A DNA stretch of 64,000 nt from Escherichia phage FFH2. The notes beneath the pieces were generated by a model that saw only the letters and a list, made by a program, of their open reading frames with translations, was not told the origin of the DNA and searched no databases. The stretch lies in the sequence record KJ190158, one strand, 5' to 3'. The position numbers were made by a program, and so were the translations under genes. Shown here piece after piece: positions 56,075 through 64,000 of this stretch; the first letter of the stretch is position 1; each line of letters opens with the position of its first letter.

Positions 56075-56614
56075 TCAACACTTTTTGTACTCCACCACGA
56101 TAATATCCATATCAAAAGTGGCAAGGTTAATAACGTCCTCTACGTGCTCCCACTTCAAACCGCCTATGCCGCACCCGATCTTAGGGATGTAGAATGGTAA
56201 AGTCGATCCACTGAATACCTCATTGACTAGCTCAAAGCCTTTCAGGATTGAGAAATATTCAGCATTAGGTCCTGGGTAGAACTGAGTATACAGATTGATT
56301 CCGTAGACAATACCTCTCGGAGATAAGTGCTCCCATCGGGAGAACGCACCCAGTTTACTTAGGCAACCATGTCTGGTCTCTTTGTCAGCTGCCAATGCTT
56401 GAGGGAACTCACGGGCAATCTGTTTTGCTATCCCCTTGCCCATTGTGTGGAAGCAGTTACAACCGTGGATCAGGTGACCAGCACCACTCTTAAAAAGGGA
56501 GATTAAATCTCCCTCTACAGTATCAATAATCACGGTATGCCAGCTCCTCTTCCACAATTTCAAAAAACTCATCCCAACCTTGTGGCATATTTGAGTTACC
56601 GAAGTGGCTTTCAT
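56075..56614 (-). CDS. macro-domain protein, Poa1p-like (ADP-ribose derivative phosphatase/hydrolase family)
   Basis: HGCNCFHTMGKGIAKQIAREFP and IPKIGCGIGGLKW match the Poa1p-like macro signatures (N-C ... MG.GIA and GCG.GGL.W); start uncertain (possible GTG near 56533). Confidence 0.65.
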   Translation of the reverse strand: MKATSVTQICHKVGMSFLKLWKRSWHTVIIDTVEGDLISLFKSGAGHLIHGCNCFHTMGKGIAKQIAREFPQALAADKETRHGCLSKLGAFSRWEHLSPRGIVYGINLYTQFYPGPNAEYFSILKGFELVNEVFSGSTLPFYIPKIGCGIGGLKWEHVEDVINLATFDMDIIVVEYKKC

Positions 56615-56948
56615 AGTAAAGGTTCTTACCGCTAGGAAGGTAGAAATCTGTTACCTCATAAAATCCACAATCGTCGCACTCACCTTCTTCAAACTTGGCC
56701 TTAACCTTAATACCGAGGAAGGTGAAAAGTTTATGGACATCTTCAGTTTCGAACTCCCAGGGAATGTTGTTTTCCGCATCGGTGTAGAACTGGATCAGCA
56801 GACCATTGTCCAGTTTACCAAAATACTCTGTGAAGTAACTTCCTTCCCAGAAATCTTTATGACAAATAATATCCATGCGTTTGCCCATAATAATGGTGTG
56901 AGCGTTTTGGGCATCGTCACGAATCAGTTTTGGCATTTCATAGATCAT
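56523..56948 (-). CDS. hypothetical acidic protein (141 aa)
   Basis: Co-oriented ORF. Confidence 0.4.
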   Translation of the reverse strand: MIYEMPKLIRDDAQNAHTIIMGKRMDIICHKDFWEGSYFTEYFGKLDNGLLIQFYTDAENNIPWEFETEDVHKLFTFLGIKVKAKFEEGECDDCGFYEVTDFYLPSGKNLYYESHFGNSNMPQGWDEFFEIVEEELAYRDY

Positions 56949-57016
56949 CTTAGTTCTCCGGGTTCAACAGGTGGTGGCGCTACAGGAAGATCATAAAACA
57001 TAGCTATCACAGTCTC

Positions 57017-57214
57017 TTACACAGGAATTGCTTCAAACAGGCCGTTATCTATACCGTCCTTCAGATAGAGATTATATTCTATGTCGGTATCTGTGTAAAG
57101 GGCAGCATCCAGCATTCTATCTGTGAGTCCATCCATTGGGTGGAGAAACCACCACCCACGCCAGTCAAAGTAACAGCCTGGTGCATCTTCTCTTACACGG
57201 ATTCGATAAATCAT
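57017..57214 (-). CDS. hypothetical protein (65 aa)
   Basis: Co-oriented ORF. Confidence 0.35.
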   Translation of the reverse strand: MIYRIRVREDAPGCYFDWRGWWFLHPMDGLTDRMLDAALYTDTDIEYNLYLKDGIDNGLFEAIPV

Positions 57215-57310
57215 GGGCAGTGGCCTCCTGTTAGTTATACATCCCAGTTTTCTTCGTTCATCACGTCCTCCCGTTCTATGAAGTTATAATTGCACACCTT
57301 TCAACCTGTG

Positions 57311-57727
57311 TCAACAGAAAACTTCAACAAATTCTTCCACAGTTTTAATGTCGTGGGAAAAAGGTTTACGGCTATAACGGGCAATAGCACTATCAACCAC
57401 CGCCCGGTACTCTAAATCTTCAGAGTATTTCATGAAGCATTGTAGCGTCTCTGGACAGATAGCTAAATAGCTCCACCACCCCTCTTCAGATTGGTAGTCG
57501 AATCCCATACTCTCCAACCATGAAGCGTACACACCTGCACCCTCTAGCCAGTGGGTATTTTCATCAAGAAATTTATTCACCGACATGTGTGCTTCCAGGC
57601 ACTCGTCAAGCTCTTTTCCGTTAACCAGCCATGCACTGACTGTGGCGCATCCGAGGTCTACAGATTGAGTTGACAGGTTGTATTGGTCATAGTTCTCAGG
57701 TTTAACAATGATATCTTCTAATGTCAT
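57311..57727 (-). CDS. hypothetical acidic protein (138 aa)
   Basis: Co-oriented ORF. Confidence 0.4.
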   Translation of the reverse strand: MTLEDIIVKPENYDQYNLSTQSVDLGCATVSAWLVNGKELDECLEAHMSVNKFLDENTHWLEGAGVYASWLESMGFDYQSEEGWWSYLAICPETLQCFMKYSEDLEYRAVVDSAIARYSRKPFSHDIKTVEEFVEVFC

Positions 57728-57789
57728 TTTTCAGATCTCCTTATACAAAAATGCCCCACCCTTTCGGGCAGGGCTATGTTAACTAGATG

Positions 57790-59016
57790 TTAAAACGGTA
57801 TGTCATCATCAAAGGCGTACTGTGCTGGATTCTGATCCATCGGGTCATCTTCCTCATCATTTACAGGAGGAGCGTCTACAGTGTTTTGCTGTGGAGCTGC
57901 TTCCTGTTTGGCAGCCTGAGGTTCTTGATGGTCAGTTGACCCAGCACCGTTCTTGATCCAATCGTACAACGGCTCAGCCAGATTAGTCAAGACATCTTTT
58001 GCTTCTGCAGTAATTGCCACTGCAAAATCATCAACTTTCGTTTTCTTGTCAATACGGCGACAAGCGTTCAACACCGCATTACCGACACTGGCACCTACTT
58101 CATCTTCAGTTCGGTTGGTGGCTTGAGCATACTCTTTCTTAAGCTCAATGGTGACTACGTGCAGTGTTTTAGCCACTCCCAGTGGGTCGTCTACCTTAAA
58201 CCCGCGATCCAGGATGATCTGCAACGCATTGATGCTATGCCCCGTTTCCACACCGATAGGGTCGTAAGAGGATTTACGCTTGCCACCAGATCCTTGAGTG
58301 CCGTTCTCTGCCTTAGGGGGATAGGCCTTGAAACCACTGATAATGTTTCCGGTGTCTTTGTCAACAATGGCTGCAACACGACCACCTACCACCAGGTCTT
58401 TAAGCTGCTCATCAGTTACAACCATAGCACCTTCGCCAATCTTGTGGTCATTAACAGTAACCACGTTGCCAACAATCTGAGTCACATCACCATAGATGCG
58501 TAAAACGTCCTGATTGGCATTCTGCTGAGGTTTCTGCTTCTGGCCTTGTGATTGTGCACCTTGTTGCTGTTTTTGCTGCTGAGTCGCTGCTGGAGCCTCT
58601 CCTGCACCCAGCTTAACCATCTTAGCCAGTGAGCCCTTGTAATAGGTCTTACCGTTATGCTCGTTTGCCTTCAAAGGGATATTTACGATCCATCCTGGCG
58701 TTACGGTTTCCCACTTGTCATCAATCTTAACAGAGACAGAGTCTTGATGACCTGGTTTAAGCAGCTTATCACCCATGCTGATCCAGACTTCTTCACCACC
58801 TTGAAGCAGGTTATCAGAGGAATCCAGTTCAGAAATCAGTAAAGAGATGGTGTGGCTGGATTCAATTTTCTTACCTTGCCACACAGTGGTTTTAATACCT
58901 GTTGTAGGATCAGCACCTTTAATAGGCTTGATGCTAACACGTTTAATCATGCCGTGAGCTAGTAAAACAGTTTCACGCGGATTCATTGGGTTAGCGAATT
59001 GTTGAATAACGCTCAT
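57790..59016 (-). CDS. putative ssDNA-binding protein with bacterial SSB-like C-terminal tip (DDDIPF)
   Basis: C-terminus ...AFDDDIPF matches the E. coli SSB acidic tip; Gln/Gly-rich linker; sits in the replication cluster near the DNA polymerase. Confidence 0.55.
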   Translation of the reverse strand: MSVIQQFANPMNPRETVLLAHGMIKRVSIKPIKGADPTTGIKTTVWQGKKIESSHTISLLISELDSSDNLLQGGEEVWISMGDKLLKPGHQDSVSVKIDDKWETVTPGWIVNIPLKANEHNGKTYYKGSLAKMVKLGAGEAPAATQQQKQQQGAQSQGQKQKPQQNANQDVLRIYGDVTQIVGNVVTVNDHKIGEGAMVVTDEQLKDLVVGGRVAAIVDKDTGNIISGFKAYPPKAENGTQGSGGKRKSSYDPIGVETGHSINALQIILDRGFKVDDPLGVAKTLHVVTIELKKEYAQATNRTEDEVGASVGNAVLNACRRIDKKTKVDDFAVAITAEAKDVLTNLAEPLYDWIKNGAGSTDHQEPQAAKQEAAPQQNTVDAPPVNDEEDDPMDQNPAQYAFDDDIPF

Positions 59017-59381
59017 TATTTGTCTCCTTGTTCTTCGTTAGTGCTTGCCGTGTGTGCGAACCCTGCTTGAATTAATTTGTCCTGAACTTGAGCCAACAGG
59101 CCCATTGCAAAACTTGTGGTCCCAGAGAGGGCCATCAGCATATCCCGTTGTTGAGCTACCCAACCTAAGGCATAGTCCAAACGACGATATTTTTCTTCTT
59201 CACGCAGAGCCTGAAATAATTGTTCAGCCTCCGGTTGTTGTGTGAGCTCCTGAAGTCTTCCCATGAAAGAAGAAAGCACTAGCAAAAGAGACACTTGATC
59301 TTTACTTAACCCTAAGAAAAATTCTTGAGGTTGTTCTTGCTCGTTCATCGCAACCGACTCTTGATCGTTCATTTGTTCCAT
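59016..59381 (-). CDS. hypothetical protein (121 aa)
   Basis: Start/stop overlap with neighbours. Confidence 0.4.
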   Translation of the reverse strand: MEQMNDQESVAMNEQEQPQEFFLGLSKDQVSLLLVLSSFMGRLQELTQQPEAEQLFQALREEEKYRRLDYALGWVAQQRDMLMALSGTTSFAMGLLAQVQDKLIQAGFAHTASTNEEQGDK

Positions 59382-59464
59382 TATGGAATCTCCGATTTTA
59401 TTTGAACAACATAGAAGGAGACACTATTTTAGCATCCCCTTCTGTAAATTACAATAGGTATTTG

Positions 59465-59710
59465 TTAGCCAATCACTTCGAAAGTTCCCCAATTCCCGTC
59501 CAGCAGGCAGGTGATCGGATCCCCATCGTCGTCAAAGATTTCAAAGTTTTCAGCATCCAGGATGTGGCCCTCGAACACAATACTTTCGTCGCCACCACCA
59601 GAGATAACAGCGTATTCCTTACCTTGAGTCAAGTTTTGACACCCTTTGCCACCAAAACCTACTTCAACACAACGTACTTTCTGTCCTGCGCGAGCAACTA
59701 CTTCAGTCAT
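59465..59710 (-). CDS. hypothetical protein (81 aa)
   Basis: Co-oriented ORF. Confidence 0.35.
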   Translation of the reverse strand: MTEVVARAGQKVRCVEVGFGGKGCQNLTQGKEYAVISGGGDESIVFEGHILDAENFEIFDDDGDPITCLLDGNWGTFEVIG

Positions 59711-59727
59711 CTTAAGGTCTCCTGATA

Positions 59728-60048
59728 TTAATCGTCAAGTTCAAAATAGATTTTAACAGCTTCATCGAAGATTGGAATCCCGATGTTGTTGATAAGCTGC
59801 CAAACTACCATATCTTTACCTGGATCTGGGAGAATGTCAACCTTTCTCCATGCGCTGTATACCCAGTTCGGACCGCCTTCTGCACTAACTGGCAGATTTT
59901 CACCAGCCTCCTGTAGATACTTATACAGCAAAAGATATTCTGGATACTCCAGAACACTGTCCTCTGTAGTATATAGCAGTTCACGGTATACTTTTAAGAA
60001 CCCTGCTGGGGTGATGTTTTCAGTCTTCATTTGCTGCTTCTCCTGCAT
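59728..60048 (-). CDS. hypothetical protein (106 aa)
   Basis: Co-oriented ORF. Confidence 0.4.
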   Translation of the reverse strand: MQEKQQMKTENITPAGFLKVYRELLYTTEDSVLEYPEYLLLYKYLQEAGENLPVSAEGGPNWVYSAWRKVDILPDPGKDMVVWQLINNIGIPIFDEAVKIYFELDD

Positions 60049-60409
60049 TCATCAGATCTGCCATAGCGTCACCCACGAAGAGAACAACCACATCGTTTAC
60101 CGCGTCAGCATCATCTTTGTTGACGTTGCTGAATTTAGGACACACAGCAATAATCATATAGACACCGTTACCCACCTGAACTGTCCGTGTGGTGCACATC
60201 ATGGCGGTATTTGTGCCTTCTTTGAAGGCGAAGCCTTGAAGACGCTCCTCTAGAGTGTTACCGGTAGACTTCAGAAGCGCCAGCTCGTCCAAGGCATAGA
60301 TGATATCTCCGGAAGTTAGTGTTGCCTTGCCATCAGACACCATAATCACTCCATCAGCACCGTCAAGCTTAGAGGCTTCAAAGATATCAATATCCCAAAT
60401 ATTTTTCAT
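60020..60409 (-). CDS. hypothetical protein (129 aa)
   Basis: Co-oriented ORF. Confidence 0.4.
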   Translation of the reverse strand: MKNIWDIDIFEASKLDGADGVIMVSDGKATLTSGDIIYALDELALLKSTGNTLEERLQGFAFKEGTNTAMMCTTRTVQVGNGVYMIIAVCPKFSNVNKDDADAVNDVVVLFVGDAMADLMNAGEAANED

Positions 60410-60741
60410 TACGCTTCCTCGTCGTCTAAGTAATCATCAAGAGAGGTGAAGATTTCACCGAAGTATTCTAAGATTTCTAGCTCACGTGTGGTGCAGCAAA
60501 CATAATCGCCTTGGTCGTCCTTAATAGTGGCCTCTTTACCCAGAATATCTACTTCAAGTTCATCGTTCAACAGGACGGCCCCTGTGTAAACTTTGTCAGC
60601 TGTGCAGTCCCGAAAAGCAGAGTCCTTCTCCAGATAGTCTGGCTTAACCTTGGCTTTAATTCGTTGGTATTGTTTGGTCATTGTTGTGGTCCCCTTTCGT
60701 TTTGATAGGACCATTGTATTAGGTCCTATCGCTGTTGTCAA
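60409..60741 (-). CDS. hypothetical protein, tandem paralogue with 60745..60999
   Basis: KPDYLEKDSAFRDCTADKVY vs KPECVANDRAFKDCTVGAIY. Confidence 0.45.
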   Translation of the reverse strand: MTTAIGPNTMVLSKRKGTTTMTKQYQRIKAKVKPDYLEKDSAFRDCTADKVYTGAVLLNDELEVDILGKEATIKDDQGDYVCCTTRELEILEYFGEIFTSLDDYLDDEEA

Positions 60742-60744
60742 GTA

Positions 60745-60999
60745 TTAATGTTCAGGTTTTACAAAAACGACTTCATTAACAGTGCACCAGACAGAGTCTC
60801 CTTCATCATCTTTAAAGGTAAGGCACTGTGCTGAGTTTTCCAGCTCATCGATCTCTTCTTGTGATAAAGGGGCCCCTTCTTCCAGAAGGGCTTTTACCAG
60901 AGGGTTCTCACAAAACTCTGCTTCATAAATTGCACCGACTGTGCAATCTTTAAAAGCTCGGTCATTTGCAACGCATTCTGGCTTCAAAGTAATTTTCAT
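60745..60999 (-). CDS. hypothetical protein, tandem paralogue with 60409..60741
   Basis: Shared motif and acidic tails. Confidence 0.45.
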   Translation of the reverse strand: MKITLKPECVANDRAFKDCTVGAIYEAEFCENPLVKALLEEGAPLSQEEIDELENSAQCLTFKDDEGDSVWCTVNEVVFVKPEH

Positions 61000-61075
61000 C
61001 TTGGCAGTCTCCTTAGTTATTTAAAAATCACCGATCTGTTTGTGTGAAGCATCTTATATCTAATCTTACTTCTTG

Positions 61076-61474
61076 TCAATGGCTATTTTCAATCAGCCAC
61101 ACAGGGTCGAGGTAAATTTGTTGGCGTGTTGCCCAATGACAAACTTCATTGTACATCTGAATCTCTTTGTCCGTCAGTTCACGAATAGGCTCATCTATAC
61201 CCTCATTTTTGTGGTAATCCCAGTCGGCATCGATTTCCCACAGCCATGACTTGTTGTCACCACGCTTACGCACACAGAAGTCACCGGGACGGCCTGCCAA
61301 TGCATTTAAGAACTCGTTCTCCGCTCGCTCTTGGAGAATACTAAGGAGCAAAACGTTAGAACATGACCGTAGAATATGCTTCAGCTCACAATCATCAATC
61401 TCAACTTCAATACGTTGTTTGACTGTGTGGGTACCTTTTACTAACATCCTACCTCCTCTAAACGAACTCTGCAA
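61076..61474 (-). CDS. hypothetical protein (132 aa)
   Basis: Co-oriented ORF. Confidence 0.4.
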   Translation of the reverse strand: MQSSFRGGRMLVKGTHTVKQRIEVEIDDCELKHILRSCSNVLLLSILQERAENEFLNALAGRPGDFCVRKRGDNKSWLWEIDADWDYHKNEGIDEPIRELTDKEIQMYNEVCHWATRQQIYLDPVWLIENSH

Positions 61475-61652
61475 GGGTTGTGTTGTTCACTGCACCGCAG
61501 TAAATGGAGTATCCCAGCCCATTAGAGTGCAGAAACCACGGCGTTCCGAAATTATCTTTCACGTAGACATCGCCGTTGCTTGTAAAGGGCCAATATTCTT
61601 CGCCAAGGGTAAAATACCTACTCATACCTTCAGCAAGATACTTTACTTTCAT
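61458..61652 (-). CDS. hypothetical protein, tandem paralogue with 61649..61876
   Basis: GTPWFLHSNGLGYSIYCGA vs GIAWFISHLANGEYHIYGT. Confidence 0.4.
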   Translation of the reverse strand: MKVKYLAEGMSRYFTLGEEYWPFTSNGDVYVKDNFGTPWFLHSNGLGYSIYCGAVNNTTLAEFV

Positions 61653-61876
61653 AGGTCCTCTTCTACAGCTACAAACTTGGCAAGCAGGGTGGTTCCGTAG
61701 ATATGATACTCACCGTTTGCCAGATGGGAGATAAACCAGGCAATCCCTTCCTCGTCTTTAATCATCTTGTTTGCACGATTTTTATCGTAATAAACCTCGT
61801 AGGTCTTTCCTTCTTTAAAGAATGACAGGTCTGTCATCTTTTCTTCTACAAAAGTAGCTTTAACCAAAGTTGTCAT
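61649..61876 (-). CDS. hypothetical protein, tandem paralogue with 61458..61652
   Basis: Shared motif. Confidence 0.4.
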   Translation of the reverse strand: MTTLVKATFVEEKMTDLSFFKEGKTYEVYYDKNRANKMIKDEEGIAWFISHLANGEYHIYGTTLLAKFVAVEEDL

Positions 61877-62190
61877 TGATCGGTCTCCTTCTTGTTAAGT
61901 CTGAATACTGCAATAATAACATTCCCAAGGTGCAGTGTCAAATCATTTCCAAGATACCACAACATTCCACGGTCATCTTTGATGAAAGGGTAACAATCTG
62001 GTGCCTTCCAGACATTGTACACTTTCCCAACCTGAAAGAAATCAGGCCCTGTTGGGATTTTGGTACCAGGCCACACTTGAGATACCTGAACACACTCCAC
62101 CTGCATAATAACAGGGATAGTCATAGATGTAAATGTTTTTGTTGGTTCTACTACCATAAAAGTCTCCTCTTTGCTCAACAACACTTCCAT
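61873..62190 (-). CDS. hypothetical protein (start probably internal ATG after polymerase stop)
   Basis: Annotated ORF overlaps the polymerase 3' exon by 40 nt; internal Met gives a non-overlapping start. Confidence 0.3.
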   Translation of the reverse strand: MEVLLSKEETFMVVEPTKTFTSMTIPVIMQVECVQVSQVWPGTKIPTGPDFFQVGKVYNVWKAPDCYPFIKDDRGMLWYLGNDLTLHLGNVIIAVFRLNKKETDQ

Positions 62191-62206
62191 GTGTTGATAG
62201 TTTACA

Positions 62207-62560
62207 TTAGTGACAATCACCCCAATTACGACCACACAAGTATTCACCTGTGATCTGGAACGGGACTCCCATCATTTTAGAAGCTTGCCAGAAGCAATGT
62301 ACCACCATTTCGCCCACAGGACTCCAGATAAGTTCAAGCTTTCCGTCATCGTTCAAGATAGGATCGTACACCGTGTTTCCGTCTCTGTCAACCACTTCGT
62401 TTCCGTCCTCATCCTTGCGTGCCTTTTTGTACTTATGACCGTCGAACACATGAAGTTTGGCCTCCTGCTCTGCCTTAAATGCTTCCAGTTCTTCGATTGT
62501 GTCGAAGGTGTACACAGTCTTATACTTCGGTGTGTCAGGGACTTGAAGCTGATATTCATC
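62207..62560 (-). CDS. family A (T7-like) DNA polymerase, 3' exon (motif C to C-terminus)
   Basis: Spliced junction reads YYH/DEYQLQV (motif C HDE); C-terminus ...GRNWGDCH parallels T7 gp5 ...GPNWAICH as recalled. Confidence 0.7.
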   Translation of the reverse strand, partial: DEYQLQVPDTPKYKTVYTFDTIEELEAFKAEQEAKLHVFDGHKYKKARKDEDGNEVVDRDGNTVYDPILNDDGKLELIWSPVGEMVVHCFWQASKMMGVPFQITGEYLCGRNWGDCH

Positions 62561-63403
62561 CATCTGTTCAGGTAGGTCGTTAAGCTACCCCGCACCATTA
62601 CGTGCATAGCCATACAGTTTCCTGTATGGATCGGACTACCTCACTGCCTTGGTAACAAGGCACCTCCCATTTCGACCGCACTTGCTGGCCTACTCTACTC
62701 GCTTCTTCACACCAACCTATGTTGGAGCTATGCTTTCGATAGTCTCTGAACGTTACTACCAGGTGTAGTTTTTAGAGATATGTTTCCACTGTCTTCTTTG
62801 CTTTATAGCCCTGACGGTCTCATAAGGATATCCAAGATCCCTAATCTCGCATTGTCGTAGACCACTCTGCAACAGTTCGCAAATCTCTATTACCTCATCT
62901 TCTGTCAGCACAGCGTTAGCATTATACTCACCAACTGGCCTTACTCTGAGGTCATTATCATAGGCGTGCTTGATATTTCCACCAGGGGTGGTCCATTCTA
63001 GGTTCCAGTATGCATTGTTGTACTTATTCCCATCCTTATGGTTCACCCATGTGAGTCTTTCAGGATCTGGGTTTGATACAAAGCATTCAGCAACCAGGTG
63101 GTGGACACCTTTTGTGCACTGCTTCCCCTCGATTAGCATGGTTACGCAAAGGTAACCTCTACCATTATCAAAACAAAACATTGTTGTATGATCACGTTTC
63201 GATAAAGGTATTGTTCCATCATCAAACACGGTATACCCGTGATAATCAGCTGTTCTAGCCATTTTAACTACACCCCTTTAGTCTTCGCTGCGGATTAGCA
63301 TATTGAGCTTTTACCATACTCAGGTGTAAAAGTCAACTTAGCTTCCCCGTCAATTAAAGAGGTTATTCGACATAGATTACTCTATGAAGCCACAATGTTA
63401 TTT
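62561..63403 (-). mobile_element. putative group I intron in the DNA polymerase gene, carrying an HNH homing endonuclease
   Basis: 843-bp insertion exactly before motif C; upstream exon ends in U (CAT), intron ends in G; the upstream frame stops immediately after the junction. Confidence 0.6.
62756..63262 (-). CDS. HNH homing endonuclease (intron-encoded)
   Basis: VNHKDGNKYNNAYWNLEWT HNH motif, similar to the nrdD-intron endonuclease. Confidence 0.7.
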   Translation of the reverse strand: MARTADYHGYTVFDDGTIPLSKRDHTTMFCFDNGRGYLCVTMLIEGKQCTKGVHHLVAECFVSNPDPERLTWVNHKDGNKYNNAYWNLEWTTPGGNIKHAYDNDLRVRPVGEYNANAVLTEDEVIEICELLQSGLRQCEIRDLGYPYETVRAIKQRRQWKHISKNYTW

Positions 63404-63997
63404 ATGGTAATAAATAATACGACGAACACCTTCATCGTACCACCCACGCTTCACCATTTGGTGGTGCATGAGTATCCCAACTAAGTCACACAACGATGCA
63501 CCACCATTTTGTTGGTATGCATTAAGTAAAGAGTGTTTAGATCGGGTCCAGATGGCATGACCATCAAAAGAGTAGATAAACTTCTTACCCGTTGCTTCCC
63601 AGAATTTCTCCAGATCCTCTTTACGGCCCTTAAGACCAGGGTTGGCATCCCAAAGCGCATCGATTACCCTTTGTCCCAACTCTGGAGAGATGTCCAGCAT
63701 ATCTGCAACTTTATCTTTTTGTGCCCCGTACATAACCCCATACGTGATAGGTTTACCGTCGTTACGGGACACCTCTCTGCCTGCTACTTTTGTATATGCC
63801 TCAGCATTGTTTTGGTGTGCGTCTCCGTTACTTACAACATCATAATACAAGCCGTTGTCGAACTCAAAGGCACCCCAAGCCCCGATAAGCTGCTCTAAGT
63901 TGGACCCGTCAATACCGATCTCAAAGTATCCAGGAGGAACACCCCACAGACTACGCATCTCTTTACCCATAACCACTTTAGGAGATGGTTTAGGCAT
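63404..63997 (-). CDS. family A (T7-like) DNA polymerase, 5' exon fragment (motifs A and B); N-terminus lies beyond window end
   Basis: GIDGSNLEQLIGAWG...FDNGLYYDVVSNGDAH (motif A region) and RNDGKPITYGVMYGA (motif B) parallel T7 gp5 GLDASGLELRCLAHF...RDNAKTFIYGFLYGA as recalled. Confidence 0.75.
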
Positions 63998-64000
63998 GTT

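Overview
This window reads as a virulent tailed dsDNA bacteriophage genome segment; no integrase or repressor gene was seen. Three parts. (1) 1-40.4 kb, mostly rightward-transcribed: a divergent RNA-repair module (P-loop polynucleotide kinase, calcineurin-type phosphatase, T4 Rnl1-like RNA ligase), a Sir2/CobB-like sirtuin, ATP-dependent DNA ligase, lambda R-like endolysin, flap endonuclease, RuvC-like and Endo VII-like resolvases, DEDDy exonuclease, two small N6-adenine methyltransferase-like proteins, dNMP kinase, ThyX, NrdA/NrdB/NrdH, NrdD split by a group I intron carrying an HNH endonuclease, NrdG, PhoH, a ClpP-like protease, a ribosome hibernation factor (HPF/RaiA) homologue, and a long array of small acidic genes including several paralogue groups. 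(2) 40.4-42.8 kb: a 2.4 kb repeat-dense non-coding region where the two transcription blocks converge. (3) 42.8-64 kb, leftward-transcribed: a T7-like family A DNA polymerase (5' end off-window) split by a second HNH-containing group I intron, an SSB-like protein ending in DDDIPF, a Poa1p-like macro-domain protein, about 45 small genes each with promoter / 5' GC stem-loop / strong SD, and a 1 kb non-coding island with tandem repeats and two sRNA-like units. All calls are from reading the sequence and recalled family motifs; no database search was run.
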